NCBI GenBank assembly: GCA_964016885.1
Contig: OZ024741.1
Location: forward strand, 15,004,001-15,068,000
DNA length: 64,000 bases
Direction of reading: 5' to 3'
Source of the DNA: Eledone cirrhosa
Taxonomy: Eukaryota
The notes beneath the pieces are model-generated. The model was not told where the DNA came from. It ran no database searches and saw only the letters and a program-made list of their open reading frames with translations. Numbering within the stretch: position 1 is the stretch's first letter; the number at the start of each line of letters is the position of its first letter. The position numbers and the translations under genes are program-made. This document shows positions 45,101-64,000 of this stretch, piece after piece.

Positions 45101-48100
45101 ATCATCACTATTATCACCACCATCATCATCACTATTTTCACCATCATCATCACCATCACTATTATCACCATCATCATCATCATCATCACTATTATCACCA
45201 TCACCATCACTATTATCACCATCATCATCATCACTATTATCACCATCACCATCATCACTATTATCACCATCATCATCGTCACTATTATCACCATCATCAT
45301 CATCACAATTATCACCATCATCTTCATCATCACTATTATCACCATCATCATCAACATCACTATTATCACCATCATCATCGTCACTATTATCACCATCACC
45401 ATCATCACTATTATCACCATCACCATCATAACTATTATCACCATCACCATCATCACTAGTATCACCACCATCACCATCATCACTATTATCACTATCATCA
45501 TCATCATCACTATTATCACCATCACCATCATCACTATTATCACCATCATCATCATCACTATTATCACCATCATCATCATCATCACTATTATCACCATCAT
45601 CATCATCATCACTATTATCACCATCATCATCATCATTATTATCACTATCATCATCATCACTATTATCACCACCATCATCATCACTACTATCACCATCAGC
45701 ATCACTATTATCATCATCATCATCACCATCACTATTATCACCATCATCATCATCACTATTATCACCATCATCATCATCACTATTATCACCATCATCATCA
45801 TCACTATTATCACCATCATCATCATCATCTTCATCATCACTATTATCACCATCATCATCATCATCACTATTATCACCATCACCATCATCACTATTATCAC
45901 CATCATCATCATCACTATTATCACCATCATCATCATCATCACTATTATCACCATCATCATCATCATCACTATTATCACCATCATCATCATCATTATTATC
46001 ACCATCATCATCATCACTATTATCACCACCATCATCATCACTATTATCACCATCATCATCATCACTATTATCACCATCATCATCATCACTATTATCACCA
46101 TCATCATCATCTCTATTATCACCATCACCATCATCACTATTATCACCATCATCATCACCACTTTTATCACCATAACCATCATCATCACTGTTATCACCAT
46201 CATCATCATCACTATTATCACCATCATCATCATCACTATTATCACCATCATCATCATCACTATTATCACCATCACCATCATCACTATTATCACCATCACC
46301 ATCATCACTATTATCACCATCAACATCGTCACTATTATCACCATCACCATCATCACTATTATCACCATCATCATCATCACTATTATCACCATCATCATCA
46401 TCATCATTATTATCACCATCATCATCATCATCACTATTATCACCATCATCATCATCATTATTATCACCATCATCATCATCACTATTATCACCACCATCAT
46501 CATCACTATTATCACCATCAGCATCACTATTATCATCATCATCATCACCATCACTATTATCACCATCATCATCATCATCATCATCACTATTATCACCATC
46601 ATCATCATCATCACTATTATCACCACCACCATCATCGTCACTATTATCACCATCATCACCATCATCACTATTATCACCCTCATCATCATCACTATTATCA
46701 CCATCATCATCATCATCATCACTATTATCACCATCATCATCAGCATCACTATTATCACCACCATCATCATCACTATTATCACCACCATCATCAACGTCAC
46801 TATTATCACCATCATCATCATCACTATTATCACCATCATCATCATCACTATTATCACCATCATCATCATCACTATTATCACCATCATCATCATCATTATT
46901 ATCACCATCATCATCATCATCATCACTATTATCACCATCATCACTATTATCACCATCACCATCACTCTTATCACCATCATCATCATCACTATTATCACCA
47001 TCATCATCATTACTATTATCACCATCACCATCATCATTATTATCACCATCATCATCGTCACTATTATCACCACCATCATCATCACTCTTATCACCATCAT
47101 CATCATGACTATTATCACCATCATCATCACTATTATCACCATCACCATCATCATTATTATCACCATCATCATCGTCACTATTATCACCATCATCATCATC
47201 ACTATTATCACCATCATCATCATCATCACTATTATCACCATCACCATCATCATCACTATTATCACCACCATCATCATCACTATTATCACCATCATCATCA
47301 TCGTCACTATTATCACCATCATCATCATCACTAGTATCACCATCATCATCATCTCTATTATCACCATCATCATCATCACTATTATTACCATCACCATCAT
47401 CATCACTATTATCACCATCATCATCATCATCATCGTCACTATTATCACCATCATCATCATCACTATTATTACCATCACCATCATCATCACTATTATCACC
47501 ACCATCACCATCATCATCATCGTCACTATTATCACCATCATCATCATCTCTATTATCACCACCATCAGCATCATCTCTGTTATCACCATCATCATCATCA
47601 CTATTATCACCACCATCATCATCACTATTATCACCATCATCATCATCACTATTATCACCATCAACATCACCATCATCACTATTATCACCATCATCATCAT
47701 CACTATTATCACCATCATCATCATCACTATTATCACCATCATCATCATCACTATTATCACCATCATCATCACCATCACTATTATCACCATCATCATCATC
47801 ACTATTATCACCATCATCATCATCACTATTATCACCATCATCATCATCACTATTATCACCATCATCATCATCACTATTATCACCATCATCATCATCACTA
47901 TTATCACCATCATCATCATCACTATTATCACCATCATCATCATCACTATTATCACCATCATCATCATCACTATTATCACCATCATCATCATCACTGTTAT
48001 CACCATCATCATCATCACTATTATCACCACCATCATCATCACTATTATCACCATCACCATCATCACTATTATCACCATCACCATCACTATTATCACCATC

Positions 48101-51100
48101 ATCATCATCACTGTTATCACCATCATCATCATCACTATTATCACCACCATCATCATCACTATTATCACCATCATCATCATCACTATTATCACCATCATCA
48201 TCATCACTATTATCACCATCACCATCATCACTATTATCACCATCATCATCATCATTATTATAACCATCACCATCATCATCACTATTATCACCATCATCAT
48301 CATCACTATTATCACCATCATCATCATCGTCACTATTATCACCATCACCATCATCACTATTATCACCATCACCATCATCACTATTATCACCATCACCATC
48401 ATCACTATTATCACCACGATCATCATCATCATCACTATTATCACCATCATCATCATCACTATTATCACCATCATCATCATCACTATTATCACCATCATCA
48501 TCATCACTATTATCACCATCATCATCATCACTATTATCACCATCATCATCATCACTATTATCACCATCATCATCACGATCACTATTATCACCATTATCAT
48601 CATCACTATTATCACCATCATCATCATCACGATCACTATTATCACCATCATCATCATCACTATTATCACCATCATCATCATCACTATTATCACCATCATC
48701 ATCATCACTATTATCACCATCATCATCACGATCACTATTATCACCATTATCATCATCACTATTATCACCATCATCATCATCACGATCACTATTATCACCA
48801 TCATCATCATCACTATTATCACCATCATCATCATCACTATTATCACCATCATCATCATCATCACTATTATCACCATCACCATCACCATCACGATTATCAC
48901 CATCATCATCATCACTATTATCACCATCTATCATCATCACTATTATCACCATCATCATCATCACTATTATCACCATCATCATCATCACTATTATCACCAT
49001 CACCATCATCACTATTATCACCATCACCATCACTATTATCACCATCATCATCATCACTATTATCACCATCATCATCATCACTATTATCACCACCATCATC
49101 ATCACTATTATCAACATCACCATCATCACTATTATCACCATCATCATCATCACTATTATCACCATCATCATCATCACTATTATCACCATCACCATCATCA
49201 TCACTATTATCACCATCATCATCATCACTATTATCACCATCATCATCATCACTATTATCACCATCACCATCATCACTATTATCACCATCATCATCATCAC
49301 TATTATCACCATCACCATCAACATCACTATTATCACCATCATCATCATCACTATTATCACCATCATCATCGTCACTATTATCACCATCACCATCATCACT
49401 ATTATCACCATCACCATCATCACTATTATCACCATCACCATCATCACTATTATCACCACGATCATCATCATCATCACTATTATCACCATCATCATCATCA
49501 CTATTATCACCATCATCATCATCACTATTATCACCACCATCATCATCACTATTATCACCATCACCATCATCACTATTATCACCATCACCATCACTATTAT
49601 CACCATCATCATCATCACTGTTATCACCATCATCATCATCACTATTATCACCACCATCATCATCACTATTATCACAATCATCATCATCACTATTATCACC
49701 ATTATCATCATCACTATTATCACCATCATCATCATCACGATCACTATTATCACCATCATCATCATCACTATTATCACCATCATCATCATCACTATTATCA
49801 CCATCATCATCATCATCACTATTATCACCATCATCAGCATCTCTATTATCACCATCATCATCATCACTATTATCACCATCATCATCATCACTATTATCAC
49901 CATCACCATCACGATTATCACCATCATCATCATCACTATTATCACCATCTATCATCATCACTATTATCACCATCATCATCATCACTATTATCACCATCAT
50001 CATCATCACTATTATCACCATCACCATCATCACTATTATCACCATCACCATCACTATTATCACCATCATCATCATCACTATTATCACCATCATCATCATC
50101 ACTATTATCACCACCATCATCATCACTATTATCCCCATCACCATCATCACTATTATCACCATCATCATCATCACTATTATCACCATCACCATCATCATCA
50201 CTATTATCACCATCATCAGCATCACTATTATCACCATCATCATCATCACTATTATCACCATCATCATCATCACTATTATCACCATCACCATCATCACTAT
50301 TATCACCATCATCATCATCACTATTATCACCATCACCATCATCATCACTATTATCACCATCATCATCATCACTATTATCACCATCATCATCGTCACTATT
50401 ATCACCATCACCATCATCACTATTATCACCATCACCATCATCACTATTATCACCATCACCATCATCACTATTATCACCACGATCATCATCATCATCACTA
50501 TTATCACCATCATCATCATCACTATTATCACCATCATCATCATCACTATTATCACCATCACCATCATCACTATTATCACCATCATCATCATCACTATTAT
50601 CACCGTCACCATCATCATCACTATTATCACCATCATCATCATCACTATTATCACCATCATCATCGTCACTATTATCAGCATCACCATCATCACTATTATC
50701 ACCATCACCATCATCACTATTATCACCATCACCATCATCACTATTATCACCACCATCATCATCATCACTATTATCACCATCATCATCATCACTATTATCA
50801 CCATCATCATCACGATCACTATTATCACCATCATCATCATCACTATTATCACCATCATCATCATCATCATCACTATTATCACCATCATCATCACTATTAT
50901 CACCATCACCATCATCATTATTATCACCATCATCATCGTCACTATTATCACCATCATCATCATCACTATTATCACCATCATCATCATCATCACTATTATC
51001 CCAATCATCATCATCACTATTATCACCATCATCATCATCATCATCACTATTATCACCATCATCATCATCATCATCATCACTATTATCACCATCATCATCA

Positions 51101-54100
51101 CTATTATCACCATCACCATCATCATTATTATCACCATCATCATCGTCACTATTATCACCATCATCATCATCACTATTATCACCATCATCATCATCGTCAC
51201 TATTATCACCATCATCATCATCACTATTATCACCATCATCATCATCACTATTATCACCATCATCATCATCATCATCACTATTATCACCATCATCAGCATC
51301 ACTATTATCACCACCATCATCATCACTATTATCATCATCATCATCATCATCTTTATTATCACCATCATCATCATCACTATTATTACCATCACCATCATCA
51401 TCACTATTATCACCACCATCACCATCATCATCATCGTCACTATTATCACCATCATCAGCATCATCTCTGTTATCACCATCATCATCATCACTATTATCAC
51501 CACCATCATCATCACTATTATCAGCATCATCATCATCACTATTATCACCATCAACATCACCATCATCACTATTATCACCATCATCATCATCATCACTATT
51601 AACACCATCATCATCATCACTATTATCACCATCACCATCATCACTATTATCACCATCATCATCACCATCACTATTATCACCATCATCATCATCACTATTA
51701 TCACCATCATCATCATCACTATTATCACCATCATCATCATCACTATTATCACCATCATCATCATCACTATTATCACCATCATCATCATCACTATTATCAC
51801 CATCATCATCATCACTATTATCACCATCATCATCATCACTATTATCACCATCATCATCATCATCACTATTATCACCATCATCATCACGATCACTATTATC
51901 ACCATCTTCATCATCACTATTATCACCATCATCATCACGATCACTATTATCACCATCATCATCATCACTATTATCACCATCATCATCATCACTATTATCA
52001 CCATCATCATCATCATCACTATTATCACCATCATCAGCATCACTATGATCACCATCATCATCATCACTATTATCACCATCATCATCATCACTATTATCAC
52101 CATCACCATCACCATCACGATTATCACCATCATCATCATCACTATTATCACCATCTATCATCATCACTATTATCACCATCATCATCATCACTATTATCAC
52201 CATCATCATCATCAATATTATCACCATCACCATCATCACTATTATCACCATCACCATCACTATTATCACCATCATCATCATCACTATTATCACCATCATC
52301 ATCATCACTATTATCACCACCATCATCATCACTATTATCACCATCACCATCACCATCATCACTATTATCACCATCATCATCATCACTATTATCACCATCA
52401 CCATCATCATCACTATTATCACCATCATCAGCATCACTATTATCCCCATCATCATCATCACTATTATCACCATCATCATCATCACTATTATCACCATCAC
52501 CATCATCACTATTATCACCATCACCATCATCACTATTATCACCATCATCATCATCACTATTATCACCATCACCATCATCACTATTATCACCATCACCATC
52601 ATCACTATTATCACCACGATCATCATCATCATCACTATTATCACCATCATCATCATCACTATTATCACCATCATCATCATCACTATTATCAGCATCACCA
52701 TCATCACTATTATCACCATCATCATCATCACTATTATCACCGTCACCATCATCATCACTATTATCACCATCATCATCATCACTATTATCACCATCACCAT
52801 CATCACTATTATCACCACCATCATCATCATCACTATTATCACCATCATCATCGTCACTATTATCACCATCACCATCATCACTATTATCACCACCATCATC
52901 ATCATCACTATTATCACCATCATCATTATCACTATTATCACCATCACCATCATCACTATTATCACCATCACCATCATCACTATTATCACCACCATCATCA
53001 TCATCATAATTATCACCATCATCATCATCACTATTATCACCATCATCATCATCACTATTATCACCGTCACCATCATCATCACTATTATCACCATCATCAT
53101 CATCACTATTATCACCATCATCATCATCACTATTATCACCATCATCATCATCATCACTATTATCACCATCACCATCATCACTATTATCACCATCACCATC
53201 ATCACTATTATCACCACCATCATCATCGTCACTATTATCAGCATCACCATCATCACTATTATCACCATCATCATCATCACTATTATCACCATCACCATCA
53301 TCACTATTATCACCACCATCATCATCGTCACTATTATCACCACCATCATCATCACTATTATCACCACCATCATCATCGTCACTATTATCACCATCACCAT
53401 CATCACTATTATCACCATCACCATCATCACTATTATCACCATCACCATCATCACTATTATCACCACCATCATCATCATCACTATTATCACCACCATCATC
53501 ATCACTATTATCACCATCACCATCATCACTATTATCACCATCACAATCACTATTATCACCATCATCATCATCACTATTATCAACATCATCATCATCATCA
53601 TCATCACTATTATCACAATCATCATCATCATCACTATTATCACCACCATCATCATCGTCACTATTATCACCATCATCATCATCATCACTATTATCACCAT
53701 CATCATCATCATATCTATTACCATCATCATCATCATCGTCACTATTATCACCATCACCATCATCACTATTATCACCATCATCATCATCATTATTATCACC
53801 ATCATCATCATCACTATTATCACCATCATCACTATTATCACCATCACCATCACTATTATCACCATCATCATCATCATCATCATCACTATTATCACCATCA
53901 TCATCATCATCATCACTATTATCACCATCATCATCATCATCATCACTATTATCACCATCATCATCATCATCATCACTATTATCACCATCATCATCACTAT
54001 TATCACCATCACCATCATCATTATTATCACCATCATCATCGTCACTATTATCACCATCATCATCATCACTATTATCACCATCATCATCATCATCACTATT

Positions 54101-57100
54101 ATCACCACCATCATCATCACTATTATCACCATCATCATCATCACTATTATCACCACCATCATCATCACTATTATCCCCATCACCATCATCACTATTATCA
54201 CCATCATCATCATCACTATTATCACCATCACCATCATCATCACTATTATCACCATCATCAGCATCACTATTATCACCATCATCATCATCACTATTATCAC
54301 CATCATCATCATCACTATTATCACCATCACCATCATCACTATTATCACCATCATCATCATCACTATTATCACCATCACCATCATCATCACTATTATCACC
54401 ATCATCATCATCACTATTATCACCATCATCATCGTCACTATTATCACCATCACCATCATCACTATTATCACCATCACCATCATCACTATTATCACCATCA
54501 CCATCATCACTATTATCACCACGATCATCATCATCATCACTATTATCACCATCATCATCATCACTATTATCACCATCATCATCATCACTATTATCACCAT
54601 CACCATCATCACTATTATCACCATCATCATCATCACTATTATCACCGTCACCATCATCATCACTATTATCACCATCATCATCATCACTATTATCACCATC
54701 ATCATCGTCACTATTATCAGCATCACCATCATCACTATTATCACCATCACCATCATCACTATTATCACCATCACCATCATCACTATTATCACCACCATCA
54801 TCATCATCACTATTATCACCATCATCATCATCACTATTATCACCATCATCATCACGATCACTATTATCACCATCATCATCATCACTATTATCACCATCAT
54901 CATCATCATCATCACTATTATCACCATCATCATCACTATTATCACCATCACCATCATCATTATTATCACCATCATCATCGTCACTATTATCACCATCATC
55001 ATCATCACTATTATCACCATCATCATCATCATCACTATTATCCCAATCATCATCATCACTATTATCACCATCATCATCATCATCATCACTATTATCACCA
55101 TCATCATCATCATCATCACTATTATCACCATCATCATCACTATTATCACCATCACCATCATCATTATTATCACCATCATCATCGTCACTATTATCACCAT
55201 CATCATCATCACTATTATCACCATCATCATCATCGTCACTATTATCACCATCATCATCATCACTATTATCACCATCATCATCATCACTATTATCACCATC
55301 ATCATCATCATCATCACTATTATCACCATCATCAGCATCACTATTATCACCACCATCATCATCACTATTATCATCATCATCATCATCATCTTTATTATCA
55401 CCATCATCATCATCACTATTATTACCATCACCATCATCATCACTATTATCACCACCATCACCATCATCATCATCGTCACTATTATCACCATCATCAGCAT
55501 CATCTCTGTTATCACCATCATCATCATCACTATTATCACCACCATCATCATCACTATTATCAGCATCATCATCATCACTATTATCACCATCAACATCACC
55601 ATCATCACTATTATCACCATCATCATCATCATCACTATTATCACCATCATCATCATCACTATTATCACCATCACCATCATCACTATTATCACCATCATCA
55701 TCACCATCACTATTATCACCATCATCATCATCACTATTATCACCATCATCATCATCACTATTATCACCATCATCATCATCACTATTATCACCATCATCAT
55801 CATCACTATTATCACCATCATCATCATCACTATTATCACCATCATCATCATCACTATTATCACCATCATCATCATCACTATTATCACCATCATCATCATC
55901 ATCACTATTATCACCATCATCATCACGATCACTATTATCACCTTCATCATCATCACTATTATCACCATCATCATCACGATCACTATTATCACCATCATCA
56001 TCATCACTATTATCACCATCATCATCATCACTATTATCACCATCATCATCATCATCACTATTATCACCATCATCAGCATCACTATGATCACCATCATCAT
56101 CATCACTATTATCACCATCATCATCATCACTATTATCACCATCACCATCACCATCACGATTATCACCATCATCATCATCACTATTATCACCATCTATCAT
56201 CATCACTATTATCACCATCATCATCATCACTATTATCACCATCATCATCATCAATATTATCACCATCACCATCATCACTATTATCACCATCACCATCACT
56301 ATTATCACCATCATCATCATCACTATTATCACCATCATCATCATCACTATTATCACCACCATCATCATCACTATTATCACCATCACCATCATCACTATTA
56401 TCACCATCATCATCATCACTATTATCACCATCACCATCATCATCACTATTATCACCATCATCAGCATCACTATTATCCCCATCATCATCATCACTATTAT
56501 CACCATCATCATCATCACTATTATCACCATCACCATCATCACTATTATCACCATCACCATCATCACTATTATCACCATCATCATCATCACTATTATCACC
56601 ATCACCATCATCACTATTATCACCATCACCATCATCACTATTATCACCACGATCATCATCATCATCACTATTATCACCATCATCATCATCACTATTATCA
56701 CCATCATCATCATCACTATTATCAGCATCACCATCATCACTATTATCACCATCATCATCATCACTATTATCACCGTCACCATCATCATCACTATTATCAC
56801 CATCATCATCATCACTATTATCACATCACCATCATCACTATTATCACCACCATCATCATCATCACTATTATCACCATCATCATCGTCACTATTATCACCA
56901 TCACCATCATCACTATTATCACCACCATCATCATCATCACTATTATCACCATCATCATTATCACTATTATCACCATCACCATCATCACTATTATCACCAT
57001 CACCATCATCACTATTATCACCACCATCATCATCATCATAATTATCACCATCATCATCATCACTATTATCACCATCATCATCATCACTATTATCACCGTC

Positions 57101-60100
57101 ACCATCATCATCACTATTATCACCATCATCATCATCACTATTATCACCATCATCATCATCACTATTATCACCATCATCATCATCATCACTATTATCACCA
57201 TCACATCATCACTATTATCACCATCACCATCATCACTATTATCACCACCATCATCATCGTCACTATTATCAGCATCACCATCATCACTATTATCACCATC
57301 ATCATCATCACTATTATCACCATCACCATCATCACTATTATCACCACCATCATCATCGTCACTATTATCACCACCATCATCATCACTATTATCACCACCA
57401 TCATCATCGTCACTATTATCACCATCACCATCATCACTATTATCACCATCACCATCATCACTATTATCACCATCACCATCATCACTATTATCACCACCAT
57501 CATCATCATCACTATTATCACCACCATCATCATCACTATTATCACCATCACCATCATCACTATTATCACCATCACAATCACTATTATCACCATCATCATC
57601 ATCACTATTATCAACATCATCATCATCATCATCATCACTATTATCACAATCATCATCATCATCACTATTATCACCACCATCATCATCGTCACTATTATCA
57701 CCATCATCATCATCATCACTATTATCACCATCATCATCATCATATCTATTACCATCATCATCATCATCGTCACTATTATCACCATCACCATCATCACTAT
57801 TATCACCATCATCATCATCATTATTATCACCATCATCATCATCACTATTATCACCATCATCACTATTATCACCATCACCATCACTATTATCACCATCATC
57901 ATCATCATCATCATCACTATTATCACCATCATCATCATCATCATCACTATTATCACCATCATCATCATCATCATCACTATTATCACCATCATCATCATCA
58001 TCATCACTATTATCACCATCATCATCACTATTATCACCATCACCATCATCATTATTATCACCATCATCATCGTCACTATTATCACCATCATCATCATCAC
58101 TATTATCACCATCATCATCATCATCACTATTATCACCACCATCATCATCACTATTATCACCATCATCATCATCACTATTATCACCACCATCATCATCACT
58201 ATTATCCCCATCACCATCATCACTATTATCACCATCATCATCATCACTATTATCACCATCACCATCATCATCACTATTATCACCATCATCAGCATCACTA
58301 TTATCACCATCATCATCATCACTATTATCACCATCATCATCATCACTATTATCACCATCACCATCATCACTATTATCACCATCATCATCATCACTATTAT
58401 CACCATCACCATCATCATCACTATTATCACCATCATCATCATCACTATTATCACCATCATCATCGTCACTATTATCACCATCACCATCATCACTATTATC
58501 ACCATCACCATCATCACTATTATCACCATCACCATCATCACTATTATCACCACGATCATCATCATCATCACTATTATCACCATCATCATCATCACTATTA
58601 TCACCATCATCATCATCACTATTATCACCATCACCATCATCACTATTATCACCATCATCATCATCACTATTATCACCGTCACCATCATCATCACTATTAT
58701 CACCATCATCATCATCACTATTATCACCATCATCATCGTCACTATTATCAGCATCACCATCATCACTATTATCACCATCACCATCATCACTATTATCACC
58801 ATCACCATCATCACTATTATCACCACCATCATCATCATCACTATTATCACCATCATCATCATCACTATTATCACCATCATCATCACGATCACTATTATCA
58901 CCATCATCATCATCACTATTATCACCATCATCATCATCATCATCACTATTATCACCATCATCATCACTATTATCACCATCACCATCATCATTATTATCAC
59001 CATCATCATCGTCACTATTATCACCATCATCATCATCACTATTATCACCATCATCATCATCATCACTATTATCCCAATCATCATCATCACTATTATCACC
59101 ATCATCATCATCATCATCACTATTATCACCATCATCATCATCATCATCACTATTATCACCATCATCATCACTATTATCACCATCACCATCATCATTATTA
59201 TCACCATCATCATCGTCACTATTATCACCATCATCATCATCACTATTATCACCATCATCATCATCGTCACTATTATCACCATCATCATCATCATTATTAT
59301 CACCATCATCATCGTCACTATTATCACCATCATCATCATCATTATTATAACCATCACCATCATCATCACTATTATCACCATCATCATCATCACTATTATC
59401 ACCATCATCATCATCATCATCACTATTATCACCATCATCAGCATCACTATTATCACCACCATCATCATCACTATTATCATCATCATCATCATCATCTTTA
59501 TTATCACCATCATCATCATCACTATTATTACCATCACCATCATCATCACTATTATCACCACCATCACCATCATCATCATCGTCACTATTATCACCATCAT
59601 CAGCATCATCTCTGTTATCACCATCATCATCATCACTATTATCACCACCATCATCATCACTATTATCAGCATCATCATCATCACTATTATCACCATCAAC
59701 ATCACCATCATCACTATTATCACCATCATCATCATCATCACTATTATCACCATCATCATCATCACTATTATCACCATCACCATCATCACTATTATCACCA
59801 TCATCATCACCATCACTATTATAACCATCATCATCATCACTATTATCACCATCATCATCATCACTATTATCACCATCATCATCATCACTATTATCACCAT
59901 CATCATCATCACTATTATCACCATCATCATCATCACTATTATCACCATCATCATCATCACTATTATCACCATCATCATCATCACTATTATCACCATCATC
60001 ATCATCATCACTATTATCACCATCATCATCACGATCACTATTATCACCATCATCATCATCACTATTATCACCATCATCATCACGATCACTATTATCACCA

Positions 60101-63100
60101 TCATCATCATCACTATTATCACCATCATCATCATCACTATTATCACCATCATCATCATCATCACTATTATCACCATCATCAGCATCACTATGATCACCAT
60201 CATCATCATCACTATTATCACCATCATCATCATCACTATTATCACCATCACCATCACCATCACGATTATCACCATCATCATCATCACTATTATCACCATC
60301 TATCATCATCACTATTATCACCATCATCATCATCACTATTATCACCATCATCATCATCAATATTATCACCATCACCATCATCACTATTATCACCATCACC
60401 ATCACTATTATCACCATCATCATCATCACTATTATCACCATCATCATCATCACTATTATCACCACCATCATCATCACTATTATCACCATCACCATCATCA
60501 CTATTATCACCATCATCATCATCACTATTATCACCATCACCATCATCATCACTATTATCACCATCATCAGCATCACTATTATCCCCATCATCATCATCAC
60601 TATTATCACCATCATCATCATCACTATTATCACCATCACCATCATCACTATTATCACCATCACCATCATCACTATTATCACCATCATCATCATCACTATT
60701 ATCACCATCACCATCATCACTATTATCACCATCACCATCATCACTATTATCACCACGATCATCATCATCATCACTATTATCACCATCATCATCATCACTA
60801 TTATCACCATCATCATCATCACTATTATCAGCATCACCATCATCACTATTATCACCATCATCATCATCACTATTATCACCGTCACCATCATCATCACTAT
60901 TATCACCATCATCATCATCACTATTATCATCATCACCATCATCACTATTATCACCACCATCATCATCATCACTATTATCACCATCATCATCGTCACTATT
61001 ATCACCATCACCATCATCACTATTATCACCACCATCATCATCATCACTATTATCACCATCATCATTATCACTATTATCACCATCACCATCATCACTATTA
61101 TCACCATCACCATCATCACTATTATCACCACCATCATCATCATCATAATTATCACCATCATCATCATCACTATTATCACCATCATCACCATCACTATTAT
61201 CACCGTCACCATCATCATCACTATTATCACCATCATCATCATCACTATTATCACCATCATCATCATCACTATTATCACCATCATCATCATCATCACTATT
61301 ATCACCATCACCATCATCACTATTATCACCATCACCATCATCACTATTATCACCACCATCATCATCGTCACTATTATCAGCATCACCATCATCACTATTA
61401 TCACCATCATCATCATCACTATTATCACCATCACCATCATCACTATTATCACCACCATCATCATCGTCACTATTATCACCACCATCATCATCACTATTAT
61501 CAGCACCATCATCATCGTCACTATTATCACCATCACCATCATCACTATTATCACCATCACCATCATCACTATTATCACCATCACCATCATCACTATTATC
61601 ACCACCATCATCATCATCACTATTATCACCACCATCATCATCACTATTATCACCATCACCATCATCACTATTATCACCATCACAATCACTATTATCACCA
61701 TCATCATCATCACTATTATCAACATCATCATCATCATCATCATCACTATTATCACAATCATCATCATCATCACTATTATCACCACCATCATCATCGTCAC
61801 TATTATCACCATCATCATCATCATCACTATTATCACCATCATCATCATCATATCTATTACCATCATCATCATCATCGTCACTATTATCACCATCACCATC
61901 ATCACTATTATCACCATCATCATCATCATTATTATCACCATCATCATCATCACTATTATCACCATCATCACTATTATCACCATCACCATCACTATTATCA
62001 CCATCATCATCATCATCATCACTATTATCACCATCATCATCATCATCATCACTATTATCACCATCATCATCATCATCATCACTATTATCACCATCATCAT
62101 CATCATCATCACTATTATCACCATCATCATCACTATTATCACCATCACCATCATCATTATTATCACCATCATCATCGTCACTATTATCACCATCATCATC
62201 ATCACTATTATCACCATCATCATCATCATCACTATTATCACCATCATCATCATCACTATTATCACCATCATCATCATCATCATCACTATTATCACTATCA
62301 TCATCATCATCATCACTATTATCACCATCATCATCACTATTATCACCATCACCATCATCATTATTATCACCATCATCATCGTCACTATTATCACCATCAT
62401 CATCATCACTATTATCACCATCATCATCATCGTCACTATTATCACCATCATCATCATCACTATTATCACCATCATCATCATCACTATTATCACATCATCA
62501 TCATCATCACTATTATCACCATCATCATCATCATCACTATTATCACCATCATCAGCATCACTATTATCACCACCATCATCATCACTATTATCATCATCAT
62601 CATCATCATCTCTATTATCACCATCATCATCATCACTATTATTACCATCACCATCATCATCACTATTATCACCACCATCACCATCATCATCATCGTCACT
62701 ATTATCAGCATCATCAGCATCATCTCTGTTATCACCATCATCATCATCACTATTATCACCACCATCATCATCACTATTATCACCATCATCATCATCACTA
62801 TTATCACCATCAACATCACCATCATCACTATTATCACCATCATCATCATCATCACTATTATCACCATCATCATCATCACTATTATCACCATCATCATCAT
62901 CACTATTATCACCATCATCATCACCATCACTATTATCACCATCATCATCATCACTATTATCACCATCATCATCATCACTATTATCACCATCATCATCATC
63001 ACTATTATCACCATCATCATCATCACTATTATCACCATCATCATCATCACTATTATCACCATCATCATCATCACTATTATCACCATCATCATCATCACTA

Positions 63101-64000
63101 TTATCACCATCATCATCATCACTATTATCACCATCATCATCACGATCACTATTATCACCATCATCATCATCACTATTATCACCATCATCATCACGATCAC
63201 TATTATCACCATCATCATCATCACTATTATCACCATCATCATCATCACTATTATCACCATCATCATCATCATCACTATTATCACCATCATCAGCATCACT
63301 ATTATCACCATCATCATCATCACTATTATCACCATCACCATCATCACTATTATCAACATCACCATCACTATTATCACCATCATCATCATAACTATTATCA
63401 CCATCATCATCATCACTATTATCACCACCATCATCATCACTATTATCACCATCACCATCATCACTATTATCACCATCATCATCATCACTATTATCACCAT
63501 CACCATCATCATCACTATTATCACCATCATCAGCATCACTATTATCACCATCATCATCATCACTATTATCACCATCATCATCATCACTATTATCACCATC
63601 ACCATCATCACTATTATCACCATCATCATCATCACTATTATCACCATCATCATCATCACTATTATCACCATCACCATCATCACTATTATCACCATCACCA
63701 TCATCACTATTATCACCACGATCATCATCATCATCACTATTATCACCATCATCATCATCACTATTATCACCATCATCATCATCACTATTATCACCATCAC
63801 CATCATCACTATTATCACCATCATCATCATCACTATTATCACCGTCACCATCATCATCACTATTATCACCATCATCATCATCACTATTATCACCATCATC
63901 ATCATCACTATTATCACCATCACCATCATCACTACTATCACCACCATCATCATCATCACTATTATCACCATCATCATCACTATTATCACCATCACCATCA
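36150..64000 (+). repeat. Large satellite array, consensus 24-bp ACCATCATCATCATCACTATTATC, with higher-order repeats
   Basis: Uninterrupted to the window end; unit length varies in steps of 3 bp; diagnostic variants recur in the same order. Confidence 0.97.

Noticed and set aside
35981-63998. Giant ORFs of 1000-4000 aa, including an Asp-rich (GDNSDDDD)n frame reminiscent of acidic biomineralisation proteins and His-rich frames
   Set aside because: Five of six frames are largely open simply because the repeat contains no stop codons in them; the GAT/GGT/AAT/AGT codons need two changes to become stops. There is no unique N- or C-terminus or signal peptide, and frameshifting variants are amplified with the repeat.

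Overview
AT-rich, microsatellite-dense eukaryotic (animal) DNA, most likely an octopus or other coleoid cephalopod; this is inferred from the SINE family and the (TA)n/(CA)n density. The only convincing host coding sequence is the N-terminal exon of an NK6/Nkx6 homeobox gene on the minus strand (about 13828-14361). Its homeobox exons were not found and probably lie left of the window. Bases 1-36 kb are a mosaic of tRNA-derived SINEs, two TA-flanked MITE families, and RTE, Ingi/Vingi-like and CRE-like LINE remnants. The most notable signal is a set of many short non-coding elements set into (TA)n tracts. These carry type-I hammerhead ribozyme motifs and often form fold-back palindromes whose turning points fall within the ribozyme, as expected for Penelope-like pLTR relics. 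Bases 36.15-64 kb are a single ~28-kb satellite with a 24-bp (ATC)-derived unit and kb-scale higher-order repeats. Nearly all listed ORFs are simple-repeat artefacts. All coordinates and pairings were read by eye.
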